Source: an uncultured Actinomycetota bacterium (GTDB lineage: Bacteria; Actinomycetota; Thermoleophilia; Gaiellales; F1-60-MAGs149). From it: a stretch of 64,000 bases of DNA. Below, one piece after another: positions 43,806 through 53,952 of the stretch (within the stretch, counting starts at the first letter, position 1; every line of letters begins with the position of its first letter). The translations under genes and the position numbers were made by a program. Under the pieces are notes generated by a model. The model did no database searches. It worked only from the letters and a program-made list of their open reading frames with translations, and was not told the origin of the DNA. Where the stretch lies: positions 74,231 to 138,230 of the forward strand of contig CAVYFW010000023.1 in assembly GCA_963767885.1 (NCBI GenBank), given 5' to 3'.

Positions 43806-45119
43806 ATGAGAAGGAACCCGTCGCGGTGGGCGTTGCTCCTGCTGGCCGCGCTCGTGGCCGCATTCTTGGTTGCCGCGTGCGGCGACGACGATGAGGGAGA
43901 CAGCTCCGCGGCCCCCGCCGAAACCGCGGCGGCGACGTCCGCGGCAGCAGACACGGCCGCGCCGGCGGAGTCGTCCGCCGCGGCAGCGGAGTCGTCCGTC
44001 GCACCGGTGGAGTCGTCCGTCGCAGGGGCGGAGTCGTCCGTCGCAGAGGCGGAGTCGTCCGCCGACACGGGCGGCGGCGAGGCCGTCAGCCTCGACGGCG
44101 GTGGCAAGGCCGTCACGGTCCTGATGCCGTCCACGACCAACAACTACCTCGCGGAGTGGGTGCGAGGGCTCCAGGCGGCCGCAGAGGCGAACAACTACAC
44201 CGTCAAGATCATCGAGAACAACTTCGACCAGGCCGAGCAGGACACGCAGGTCCAGCAGGAGATCGCGAGCGGCGAGAAGCCGGCCATCTACGTCTTCTGG
44301 CCCGCGGACTCCAAGGCCGGCGTCGCCTCGCTGCGCCAGCTCGCGCAGACCGACGTCCCGGTCGTCGTCGCGAACCAGCCTCCGCCGCCCGAGGCCGAGG
44401 AGTTCATGGCCTTCTACTCCGGCGTGGACGACTTCTTCAACGGGCAGGTCTCCGGCGAGCTGATGCTCAAGGCGCGCGACGCGGCGAAGGCCGCCGGCAA
44501 GCAGCTCTCCAGCGAGAACGGCAACCTGCTGGAGATCAAGTTCGCGCCGGGCTACCAGGCCTCCGAGGCGCGCACCGCCGGCTTCACCGACGCCACCAAG
44601 GACGCGCCGTTCGACGTCCTCGCGTCCGAGTACGCAGGCTTCGACAACGAGGCGGGCTACAACACGACCTCGCAGCTCATCGCGGCCAACAAGTCGAAGG
44701 GCATCGACTTCCTGTACGCCCACAACGACGCCCTCGCGGCCGGCGCGATCCAGGCCATCAAGGAGGCCGGGCTCGTGCCGGGCAAGGACATCTGGGTGGT
44801 CGGCGGCACCTGCCACGGCGACCTGTCCGCGCTCGAGGCCGGTGAGCAGTTCGGCTCCGGCCTGCAGGCCGCGCGCCTGGAGGGCCAGGGCGTGCTGCTC
44901 GACGTCGCGCGCTACTTCGCCAACGGCGAGACCGTCAACGACGGCAAGTTCTACGGCGAGCCGACGGCGGAGCCGCCGACGGAGACGGGCCCGATCTCGC
45001 GGTACAACTACATCCCGAACCCGGGCGTGCAGTTCACCTCGGATCCGGCCGAGAACAAGCGCCTGCTGGACGAGACCATGCTCTGGGGCGACAGCATGCG
45101 CAACCTCTGCACCTACTAG
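43806..45119 (+). CDS. Sugar ABC transporter substrate-binding lipoprotein (RbsB/type-1 periplasmic binding fold)
   Basis: 437 aa. RBS AAGGAGGAGGGAG. Lipobox LVAAC. Low-complexity linker, then VTVLMPSTTNNY...AHNDALAAGAIQAIKEAG. Confidence 0.85.
   Translation: MRRNPSRWALLLLAALVAAFLVAACGDDDEGDSSAAPAETAAATSAAADTAAPAESSAAAAESSVAPVESSVAGAESSVAEAESSADTGGGEAVSLDGGGKAVTVLMPSTTNNYLAEWVRGLQAAAEANNYTVKIIENNFDQAEQDTQVQQEIASGEKPAIYVFWPADSKAGVASLRQLAQTDVPVVVANQPPPPEAEEFMAFYSGVDDFFNGQVSGELMLKARDAAKAAGKQLSSENGNLLEIKFAPGYQASEARTAGFTDATKDAPFDVLASEYAGFDNEAGYNTTSQLIAANKSKGIDFLYAHNDALAAGAIQAIKEAGLVPGKDIWVVGGTCHGDLSALEAGEQFGSGLQAARLEGQGVLLDVARYFANGETVNDGKFYGEPTAEPPTETGPISRYNYIPNPGVQFTSDPAENKRLLDETMLWGDSMRNLCTY
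43965..44069 (+). repeat. Five tandem 21-bp in-frame repeats (G[C/T]GGAGTCGTCCG[T/C]CGC...) encoding the (A/V)ESS(V/A)Axx linker of the binding protein
   Basis: Units start at 43965, 43986, 44007, 44028, 44049. Confidence 0.85.
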
Positions 45120-45197
45120 CTCGACCGAAGGCAGTCCCGGGCCCGGGTCGGGCCGCCGCGACCGGCGGTCCGACCCGGGCCCTCTATCCGGCTCCAG

Positions 45198-45994
45198 GTG
45201 GAGGACATGGGGAAGCTCGACAATCGCGTCGCCCTCGTCACGGGCTCGGCCCGCGGCCTCGGCGCCGGCATCGCCCGCGCGCTGGCCGCGGAGGGCGCGA
45301 CCGTGGTCTGCGCCGACGTGATCGACGCCGTCGGAGACCGCGGCCAGCCTGCCGGCGCGGCTCCGGCGGCACCGCGGCCGAGGCCGCCCGACTCGACGTC
45401 ACCGATCGCCAGGCCTGCTTCGCGCTGGTCGACGACATCGTGGCGCGCCACGGCCGGCTCGACATCCTCTGCAACAACGCGGGCGTCGCGCAGCCCATCG
45501 AGGACATCGTCGACTCCGCGGAGGCGACGATCGACCGGGTGCTGGCCGTCAACGTCAAGGGCGTGATCAACTGCACGGCCGCCGCGGCGCGGCCGATGAA
45601 GGCGCAGGGATACGGCCGCATCGTCAACACGGCGTCGCAGGTCGGAAAGCGCGCCTGGCCGGGTTGGGGCGTCTACTCGGCCTCGAAGTTCGCGGTCATC
45701 GGCGTGACCCAGGTGGCGGCGCTGGAGCTGGCCAAGGACGGCATCACCGTCAACGCCATCTGCCCCGGCACGATGGTCACGGACATGATGTACACCGGGT
45801 TCGGCGAGGCCGCGCAGACCGCCGGCGCCGACCGCGACGAGCTCATCGCCACCCACGCCGCGGGCATCCCGCTGGGCCGCATGGGCACCGCCGACGACAT
45901 GGGGCGCATGGCCGCGTGGATCGCCTCCGACGACGCCGGCTACACCACGGGCGCGCAGTTCAACCTGACGGGCGGCGAGGCGGTCTTCTTCTGA
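45198..45994 (+). pseudogene. Short-chain dehydrogenase/reductase, frame interrupted twice within ~30 nt
   Basis: ALVTGSARGLGAGIA...VVCADVIDAV (frame 0), ETAASLPA (frame 1), GSGGTAAEAARLDVTD...NNAG...YSASKFAV (frame 2). Shifts ~45335 and ~45357. Confidence 0.75.
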
Positions 45995-46467
45995 TGGCGA
46001 CGCCGCCGTTCGACCATCTCGGCATCCTCGTCGACGACCTCGACGAGGCCATCCCGCGCTGGGAGCGGCTGCTCGGCGTGACCTTCATGGCCGCACGCAC
46101 CGTGCACGTCGACCGGATGGTCGAGGCGGACGGCAGCGAGGGCGAGCTCGACCTGCGGATCGCCTTCAGCGTCGACGGCCCGCCGCGCTACGAGCTGCTG
46201 GAGGTCGTCGGGGACGGGGTCTACGGCCCCGGCAACGCCGGCGGCCTGCACCACGTCGCGATCCTCTGCGACGACGTCGAGGGCGAGCGCGAGCGCCTGG
46301 TCGGCCTCGGCGCCCGGGTGATCGGCGGGCAGTACCGGCCGGACGGCAGCGCGATCGTGTCGTACCTCGATCGCGGCGTCCTCGACGGGCTGCCGGTCGA
46401 GCTGCTCGACGCCACGGTCGCCGACGCCATCGGGGCCTGGGTGCGCGGCGAGGAGGCGACGCCGTGA
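45994..46467 (+). CDS. VOC/glyoxalase-family protein
   Basis: 157 aa, [15 protein letters not shown]...[15 protein letters not shown] overlaps the upstream stop (ATGA). Confidence 0.75.
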   Translation: MATPPFDHLGILVDDLDEAIPRWERLLGVTFMAARTVHVDRMVEADGSEGELDLRIAFSVDGPPRYELLEVVGDGVYGPGNAGGLHHVAILCDDVEGERERLVGLGARVIGGQYRPDGSAIVSYLDRGVLDGLPVELLDATVADAIGAWVRGEEATP

Positions 46468-48037
46468 GTGCCGACGGCGCGCTGCTGGTGGCGGCGCGGG
46501 GCATCTCGAAGCACTACGGCCCGGTCCGGGCGCTCGACGACGTCTCGTTCGAGCTGCGCCGCGGCGAGGTCATGGCCCTGCTCGGCGAGAACGGCGCCGG
46601 CAAGTCGACGCTGGTGAAGATCCTCGTCGGGCCTCGTCGATGCCGGACGACGGCACCATCGAGATCGACGGCCAGCCCGCCGATCTCTCCAGCGCCCGCC
46701 GCTCCCGGGCGGCCGGCATCGCGGTGGTGCAGCAGGAGCTGAGCCTCGTGCCGACCCTCACGGCCGGCGAGAACGTCTTCCTCGGCGGGCGCTTCGGCGG
46801 CCTCTGGACGGGCCGGCGGGTGGCCGAGCGGGCGCGGCCCGTACCTGGCGCAGGTCGGGCTCGGCGACCTGAACCCGCGCACCTACGTCGTCGTCGCTCT
46901 CGGTGGCCGAGCGCCAGCTCGTCGAGATCGCGCGGCTGCTGGCCCGCGACGCGCGCATCCTGATCCTCGACGAGCCGACGGCGGCGCTCTCCGACGTCGA
47001 GATCGCGCGCGTGAACCGCGTCGTCCGCTCGCTGGCCGACGCGGGCAAGGGCGTGATCTACGTGACGCACCGCCTGGGCGAGGTCTTCGACATCGGCGAC
47101 CGGGCGACGGTCTTCCGCAACGGCAAGAGCGGCGAGCCGCCGTCCGCGTCGCCGAGCTGACCATCGACAGCCTCGTCGAGCGCATGCTCGGACGGCCGCT
47201 GGAGGCGATGTTCCCGCCGCGCGCGGAGACGTTCGGCGACCTGCGCCTCGAGGTCGAGGGCCTCGAGGCGCCCGGGCTCGTGGAGCCCGTCAACCTCACG
47301 CGTGCGGCAGGGCGAGATCCTCGGCCTCGCCGGACAGATCGGCTCCGGTGCGCCGACGCTGCTGCGCGCGGTCGCCGGCATCGCGCTCACGGCCACGGGC
47401 ACCGTGCGCGTGGACGGCGAGGACGTGCCGAGCCACTCGCTGCAGCGCGCGATCGCCCGCGGGATCGCCTACTGCTCCGACGACCGCAAGCGCGACGGCG
47501 TCTTCCAGATCAAGACCGTGACCCAGAACCTGACGGCGCCGGCGCTCGATCGCGTGAGCCCGGGCGGCATCATCTCCCGCTCCAAGGAGCGCGCCCTGGC
47601 CCGGCAGCTCGCGTCCTCGTTCGCCATCGACCAGAGCCGCCTCGGGTTCTACGCCCGCACGCTCAGCGGCGGCAACCAGCAGAAGGTCGCTCTCGGCAAG
47701 TGGCTCGGCGTGGAGCCGCAAGGTCCTGCTGGTGGAGGAGCCGACGCGCGGCGTCGACGTCGGCGCCCGCGCCGAGATCTACAGCCACCTCCGGCGCCTC
47801 GCGTCGGAGGGCATGGCCGTCGTGTTCGCGTCGACCGACCTCCCGGAGGTGCTCGGCCTGGCGGACACCGTGGCGACCTTCTACCGGGGGCGCCTCGTCC
47901 GCGTCGCGCCCGCGGCCGACCTCAGCCAGGCGGAGATGATGCGCGACGTGACGCACGAGCGGGCGGAGGCCGCGCCCGCGGCGGGCGCGCCGTCCGCGAC
48001 CGCAGTGCTGCCCCCGTTCTCCGGCGGCAGCGCATGA
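46464..48037 (+). pseudogene. Sugar ABC transporter ATP-binding protein (tandem ATPase domains, RbsA/MglA-like), frame interrupted about eight times
   Basis: [87 protein letters not shown] all lie in frames advancing 0,1,2,0,1,2,0,1,2. Confidence 0.8.
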
Positions 48038-49020
48038 GTGCCGAGACCACGATCCGCTCCGAGGGGATGCTGGACAGGGTCGACCGGCGCAAGCTCGTCG
48101 GCCCGGCCGTCATCGGCGGGGCCGTGGTGCTGCTGCTGATCGTCGGCGGCATCCTCGAGCCGAACTTCCTGTCCTACGACAACCTGCTCGCCGTCGTGCG
48201 TGCGGCGTCGATCGTCGGCATCGCCGCCGTCGGCATGACCTTCATCACGCTGACCGGCAACTTCGTCTCGCTCTCCACCGAGCAGACCGCGATCATCTCC
48301 GGGATCCTGTTCGCGCTCGCGCTGTCCAACGGCTGGCCCGTGGCGCTGGCGGCGCTGGTCACGTTCGCCGCGGCGATGGCCATCGGACTCGTGCAGGGCG
48401 CGATCGTCGCCGCTCGGCATGAACCCGATCGTGACGACGCTCGGCGCCGGCGCCGCCATCTTCGGCCTCGCGAACGTGCTCACGGACAACCGCACGCGTC
48501 AACACGCGCACCGACGCCGGCCGACTGGATCGGCACCGCGCGGCCCGCCGGCATCCCCACGCAGGTCATCGCGTTCGCGGTGCTGACGGTGGTCACGATG
48601 CTCGTGCTCTCGCGCACCCGCTTCGGGCGCCGCGTCATGCTGACGGGCGCCAACCGCGCGGCGGCGACGGCCACCGGCCTCCGGGTCGCCACGACGACGA
48701 TCCTGGCCTTCGTGATCGCGAGCGGCTTCGCGGCCCTCTGCGGGATCATGGTCATCTCGCAGGTCGGGCAGGCGAAGACCACCAACTTCGAGGGCTTCAC
48801 GATCGACGTCGTCGCCGCGGTGCTCGTCGGCGGCACGGCGATCCAGGGCGGCGAGGGCTCGACGCTGCGCACCGCGATGGGCGCCATCTTCATCGCCCTG
48901 CTCGCCAACTTCATGCTGATCCGGGACTACTCGTACGGCGTCCGCCTCGTGATCACGGGCATCGTCGTGGCGGTAGCGGTCGTCGGCTTCCACCTGCTGC
49001 GGACGAGGAACGCCGGATGA
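48034..49020 (+). pseudogene. Sugar ABC transporter permease (RbsC/AraH type), frame interrupted about three times
   Basis: The ORF is open, but 48415-48520 reads as Arg-rich nonsense. Shifted frames give LGMNPIVTTLGAGAAIFGLANVLTDNRT / VNTRTDAG / ADWIGTARPAGIPTQV. Confidence 0.7.
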
Positions 49021-50042
49021 CCTACCGCTTCCTCACGCCCGCGCTCATCGGGCGCCTCATCCTGCTCGCGCTCGTCTGGCTCAGCTTCGCGGTCACCACC
49101 GAGCAGTACCGCGTCGTTCGACAACCTCTACGCGATGCTCGAGGGCTTCGCGCTGCTGGGCCTCGTGGCGCTCGGCGTCGCCGTGACCATGATCGCCGGC
49201 GAGCTCGACCTCTCCGTCGCCTCCGTGGCCGCCGTGGCCGGCATCATCGCCGTCGAGCTGTCGGAGCTCGGCCTCGTGCCGTGCGTGCTCGTCGGCCACC
49301 CTCTGCGGCGCTCGCCTTCGGCGCGGTGCAGGGCTTCGTGATCGCCCGCACCGGCATCAACTCGCTGGTGTTCACGATCGTCGACGCTGATCGGCATTCG
49401 CGGCGTGGCGTTCGTGTCTGGCGCCGACCCCGACGCTGCTCCCGCTCGACCGCATCGACATCAGCGACACGATCGTGCAGCGGTTCTGGATCTTCTCGCC
49501 GTTCAGCCTGACGACGATCGCCGTGATGGTGGTGGTCGGGTTCTTCCTGGCCTACACGACGTGGGGGCGCGAGATCTACGCCATCGGCGGCGGCCGGCAC
49601 GAGTCGGCGCGGTGCCGGCGTCTCGCACGGCCGGGCGATGGTGCTGGCCTTCGCGCTCTCGGCCGGCTGCGCGTCGCTGGCCGGCTCGCTGGCCGCGCTG
49701 AAGTCGGCCTCGGCGGCGCCGTTCGCCTTCGAGCCGCTGCTCCTGTCGGCCGTCACGGCGGCGCTCGTCGGCGGCATCTCGCTGTACGGCGGTCGCGGCA
49801 ACGTGTTCTCGCTCGCGGTCGGCGTGCTGACGCTGCGGTTCCTCATCTCCGGCTTCTCGGCCCGCGGCGCGCCGATCTACATCGAGAGCCTGGCCACCGG
49901 CCTGCTGCTGCTGGGGGTGCTCGTGGTCGAGTTCTCGACGGAGAGCCGCCAGGTGGCGGAGTGGCGCGAGCGGCGCGCGCTCAGACGTACGCTGGCCACG
50001 CCGACGGCGGGCCCGTCACCACCGGCGCAGCCGTCGACATGA
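49017..50042 (+). pseudogene. Second sugar ABC transporter permease, frame interrupted about six times
   Basis: Hydrophobic permease segments lie in frames 0,1,2,0,1,2,0 (e.g. ...MLEGFALLGLVALGVAVTMIAGELDLS, ALAFGAVQGFVIARTGINSLVFTI, FWIFSPFSLTTIAVMVVVGFFLAYTTWGREIYAIGG, MVLAFALSAGCASLAGSL...). Confidence 0.7.
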
Positions 50043-50809
50043 GCGGCGGGACCCACGAGGGCGCGGTGGCGATCGTCACCGGAGCCGGCAGCGGCCTGGG
50101 CCGGGCGGCGACGCTCGCGCTGGCGGCCGAGGGCGCCACGGTGCTGGGCGTCGACCTGCAGCCCGACGCGGTCGCGGCGCTGGAGCCGGCCGGGGGCCGG
50201 ATCGTGGCGCACGGCGCCGACGTGACGCAGGCGACGAGGTGCGCGGCTACGTGGCGCGGGCGCGCGGACGAGCTCGGCGGCGTCGACCGCTTCTTCAACA
50301 ACGCCGGCGTCGGCGGCTTCCACAAGGACCTGGTCGACCTCGAGGACGACGAGTGGGACGCCCACATGGCGATCAACCTCCGCTCCGTGTTCCTCGGGTT
50401 GAAGCACGTCATGCGCGCGATGATCGACCAGGGCCGCGGCGGCACGATCGTCAACACCGGATCGCTGCTGTCGCTGAAGGCCGCGCCGGGCCGCGGCGAC
50501 TACACGGTGGCCAAGCACGGCGTGGCCGGCCTGACCCGCACGGCCGCCGCGGAGGGCGCCCGGCACGGCATCCGCGTCAACTGCATCTGCCCGGGGCCGA
50601 TCGACACGCCGCTGATGGCGGAGTCGGAGCGCCTCGTGAACCCCGGCGATCCGGGCTGGGAGCGGCGCCGCTTCGAGGAGGGCACGCCGCTCGGCCGCTA
50701 CGGCCGGCCCGAGGAGGTCGGCGAGGCGGTGTCGTGGCTCCTCTCCGACCGCGTCCCGTACATGACCGGATCGCTCGTCGTCCTCGACGGCGGCATCCTC
50801 GCCGTCTGA
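50039..50809 (+). CDS. Short-chain dehydrogenase/reductase (open ORF with a short internally frame-scrambled patch)
   Basis: AIVTGAGSGLGRA, NNAG, YTVAKHGVAGL, PGPIDTP. ATG overlaps the permease stop (ATGA). See the finding on 50229-50268. Confidence 0.8.
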   Translation: MSGGTHEGAVAIVTGAGSGLGRAATLALAAEGATVLGVDLQPDAVAALEPAGGRIVAHGADVTQATRCAATWRGRADELGGVDRFFNNAGVGGFHKDLVDLEDDEWDAHMAINLRSVFLGLKHVMRAMIDQGRGGTIVNTGSLLSLKAAPGRGDYTVAKHGVAGLTRTAAAEGARHGIRVNCICPGPIDTPLMAESERLVNPGDPGWERRRFEEGTPLGRYGRPEEVGEAVSWLLSDRVPYMTGSLVVLDGGILAV

Positions 50810-50823
50810 TCGGAAGGCCGCCG

Positions 50824-51231
50824 ATGGACCTGTTCAACGTCGACACCGTCCCCGAAGACCCGACGATCGCCGGCCGTCCCGGCTGGGAGGGCCTCCACGT
50901 GTGGTGGCTCGTCCACCGCGAGACGTGCGGCGCCCGCGGCCTCGTCGTCAACCAGACGACGTTCCCGCCGCAGAAGTGGCACAGCCTGCACCGCCACCCG
51001 CACGCCGAGGAGGCGCTCTACATCCTCTCCGGCTCCGGCCTGCACCTCTCCGAGGGCGAGCCGGTCCGCCAGCGCGCGGGCGACGTCGTGTACATCCCCG
51101 CCGGCGAGTGGCACGGCTTCGCGAACGACACCGACGAGCCGACCACCGTGATCGCGTTCTTCGGCGGCGTCGGCTCCTACGCCGACGCCGGCTACGAGGA
51201 GCACCCCGGCGACCCCGATCCCACCACCTGA
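50824..51231 (+). CDS. Cupin-domain protein
   Basis: 135 aa, HRHPHAEEALYILSG...GDVVYIPAGEWHGF. Confidence 0.8.
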   Translation: MDLFNVDTVPEDPTIAGRPGWEGLHVWWLVHRETCGARGLVVNQTTFPPQKWHSLHRHPHAEEALYILSGSGLHLSEGEPVRQRAGDVVYIPAGEWHGFANDTDEPTTVIAFFGGVGSYADAGYEEHPGDPDPTT

Positions 51232-51250
51232 GACGAAAGGCAGCCAGCGG

Positions 51251-52162
51251 ATGCCCCAGCCCCGCCGCGTCGAGTTCACCAGCGAGGGCGAGACGATCGC
51301 CGCCGACCTGTACCTCCCCGACGGCGTCGAGGGGCCGCTGCCGATCGTCGTCATGGCGGGCGGCTGGTGCTACGTCAAGGAGCTCATCCAGCCCCACTAC
51401 GGCGCGTTCTTCAACGACGCCGGCTTCGCCACGCTGATCTTCGACTACCGCCGCTTCGGCGACAGCACGGGCACGCCCCGCCAGCACATCGACCCCAACG
51501 ACCAGATCGAGGACTACCGCAACGCGATCTCGTTCGTCGCCACGCTGCCGGAGGTCGATCCCCAGCGCATCGGCGTCTGGGGCATCTCCTACTCCGGCGG
51601 GCACGCGCTGGTGCTGGCGGCGACCGACAACCGCATCCGCTCGGTGGTCGCCAACATCCCGGTGGTCGACGGCTACCGCAACATGCGGCGCGTCCACGGC
51701 ACGGTCGGCTTCCGCAGCCTGATGCAGGCGATCCGCGACGACCGCGAGGAGCGCTACCGCACGGGCGCCGGCGGCATGATCAAGCACGCGACGCTCGACT
51801 ACGCGACCGAGCTCTCGACGTGGCCGTTCCCGGAGACGTACGAGACGTTCCTCGACCTCAAGGAGCGCGAGGCGCCGGCCTACCAGAACGCGAGCACGAT
51901 CCACTCGACGGAGCTGCTCCTGTACTACGACGTGCGGCCGTTCCTGCAGCGCATCCTCGACGTGCCGACGCTGATGGTCGTCGCCGAGGAGGACGACCTC
52001 ACGCTCTGGGACCTCGAGATCGAGGCCTACAACGCGATCCCGACGACCAAGAAGCGCCTCGTGGTCGTGCCCGGCTCGACGCACATGACGCTCTACAGCG
52101 ACCTGACGAAGCTCGAGATCGCCGCGGGCGGCGCCCGCGACTGGTTCCTCGAGACGCTCTGA
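51251..52162 (+). CDS. Alpha/beta-hydrolase (CocE/NonD- or dienelactone-hydrolase-like)
   Basis: 303 aa. Nucleophile elbow GISYSGG (GxSYxG). Confidence 0.7.
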   Translation: MPQPRRVEFTSEGETIAADLYLPDGVEGPLPIVVMAGGWCYVKELIQPHYGAFFNDAGFATLIFDYRRFGDSTGTPRQHIDPNDQIEDYRNAISFVATLPEVDPQRIGVWGISYSGGHALVLAATDNRIRSVVANIPVVDGYRNMRRVHGTVGFRSLMQAIRDDREERYRTGAGGMIKHATLDYATELSTWPFPETYETFLDLKEREAPAYQNASTIHSTELLLYYDVRPFLQRILDVPTLMVVAEEDDLTLWDLEIEAYNAIPTTKKRLVVVPGSTHMTLYSDLTKLEIAAGGARDWFLETL

Positions 52163-52177
52163 CACGGAACGAGAGGA

Positions 52178-52979
52178 ATGGACATGGTGGGCACGGAGCA
52201 GTTCCGCGATCGCGTCGTGCTCCTGGTGGGCGCGGCGACCGGCATGGGGCGCGCGACGGCCGACGCGTTCGCCGGCGGTCGGGGCGACCGTCGTCATGGG
52301 CGACGTCAACCCCGCGATCGACGCGGCGTGGGACGAGGTGCAGGCGGCCGCGCCCGGGACGAAGGGCTTCGCGACGCGCATCGACGTCACCGACCTCGAC
52401 TCGTGCCGGGCGGCGGTCGAGCGCACCGTCTCGGAGTTCGGCCGCATCGACGTCCTGGCCAACTTCGCCGGGGTGATCCAGGAGGCGCACGACGTCGAGT
52501 CGCTGCCGGTCGAGGAGTGGGACCGCGTGATCGGCATCAACCTGCGCGGCCACTTCCTGATGGCCAAGGCGGCGGTGGGGCAGTTCAAGGCGCAGCGCTC
52601 GGGGCGGATCGTCCTGATCACGTCGATCTGGAGCCACGAGGGCTTCGACCTGTTCTCCGCCTACTGCGCCTCGAAGGGCGGCCTCAAGCTCTTCACGCAG
52701 TCGCTGGCCAAGGAGATGATCCCGTACGGCGTCAACGTCAACGCGATCGCGCCGGGCATCATCAACACGGAGCTCCACCAGAAGGCGCTGCGCGACGAGG
52801 CCACGGCGCGGGGCTGGTCGTACGACGACGTGCGCGAGAAGGAGTGGGGCAAGATCCCGACCAAGCAGGCCGGGTCGCCGGAGGACGTCGCCAAGGGCGT
52901 GCTCTACCTGTCCTCGGACGAGGCGAGCTACGTCGTCGCCGCGACCCTCGACATCAACGGCGCGATCCTGATCCGCTGA
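52178..52979 (+). pseudogene. Short-chain dehydrogenase/reductase, frame interrupted once
   Basis: VLLVGAATGMGRATADAFAG then +1 shift (~52278) into ...VVMGDVN...NFAGV...YCASKGGLKL...PGIINT. Confidence 0.75.
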
Positions 52980-53036
52980 GGGCGGGGAGCCCCCGGGCCC
53001 GGCCGTCGCGCCGGGCCCCGGGACACGGGCGTCGTC

Positions 53037-53852
53037 TCAGCCGGCCGGGTTGGCCGACATCCCGAAGACGGTCTGGTCGAAGTCGACGACGCTGCCGGTC
53101 ATCAGGCCGGACTCCGGCGACGCGATGAAGGCCAGCGCCCGCGCGACCTCCTCGATGCGGATCAGCCGCCCGAAGGGCTGCCCGGCGTTGGCCGCCTCGA
53201 TCCAGGAGCCGTCCGTGTCGCCGTAGAACTGCTTGCGCACCTCGTCCTCACCGGGCGTGTGCGTCCAGCCGATGTTCAGGCCGTTGACCCGGATCCGCTC
53301 GCGGGAGAGCACCACCGCGAGCGTCTTGGTCATGTTCACCATGGCGGCCTTGGAGGCCCCGTACGCGATCAGGTCGGGCCACGAGATGTGGCTCGCCTGG
53401 CTGATCACGGTCACGATCGAGCCCTCGATCCGGCGCTCGCGCATCGTCTCGACCGCGCGCTGGATGACGAGGAACGGCGCGCGGGCGTTGACGTGGAAGA
53501 GCATGTCGAACACCTCGGGCGTGGTGTCCTCGAGGGTGCCGCGGTGGCTCGAGCCGCCGCAGTTGACGACGACGTCGACGCGGTCGAAGCGCTCGATCGC
53601 AGCGTCGATCACCGCCGGCGGGCCATCGGCGCTGGCGAGGTCGACCTGCACGAACGTCGTCGGACAGCCGGCCGCCGTGATGTCGGCGGCGACGCTCTCG
53701 CCGCGCTCGGCGTTGCGGCCCGCGATCACCAGGCCGGCCGCGCCGCGCTCGGCGAACAGGCGCGCGGCACCTTCGCCGAGGCCCTGCGTGGCGCCGGTGA
53801 TGACGGCGACCTTGCCGTCCAGGCCGTGGGCTGCGCCGCCCTCGGAACGCAT
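53037..53852 (-). CDS. Short-chain dehydrogenase/reductase
   Basis: 271 aa from ATG 53852 (RBS GGAGG). VAVITGATQGLG, YGASKAAM. Confidence 0.82.
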   Translation of the reverse strand: MRSEGGAAHGLDGKVAVITGATQGLGEGAARLFAERGAAGLVIAGRNAERGESVAADITAAGCPTTFVQVDLASADGPPAVIDAAIERFDRVDVVVNCGGSSHRGTLEDTTPEVFDMLFHVNARAPFLVIQRAVETMRERRIEGSIVTVISQASHISWPDLIAYGASKAAMVNMTKTLAVVLSRERIRVNGLNIGWTHTPGEDEVRKQFYGDTDGSWIEAANAGQPFGRLIRIEEVARALAFIASPESGLMTGSVVDFDQTVFGMSANPAG

Positions 53853-53908
53853 GCGAGACCTCCGGGTCGTCAGCGGGAGCCGCAAGCCTCGCACACGCCG
53901 CCGCGTGA

Positions 53909-53922
53909 TGCAATCGCGTGCA
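53909..53922. promoter_or_regulatory. LacI-family-type operator TGCAATCGCGTGCA
   Basis: Lies between the MFS stop (53953) and the SDR start (53852). Same core as the sites at 43631, 43707 and 59306. Confidence 0.45.
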
Positions 53923-53952
53923 TCGAAGGCGCACCCGCGCGCCGCCACACGG

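Noticed and set aside
43965-44069. Short regularly spaced repeats as a CRISPR array.
   Set aside because: The units are contiguous 21-bp tandem repeats without spacers, in frame inside a lipoprotein gene. No cas genes are nearby.
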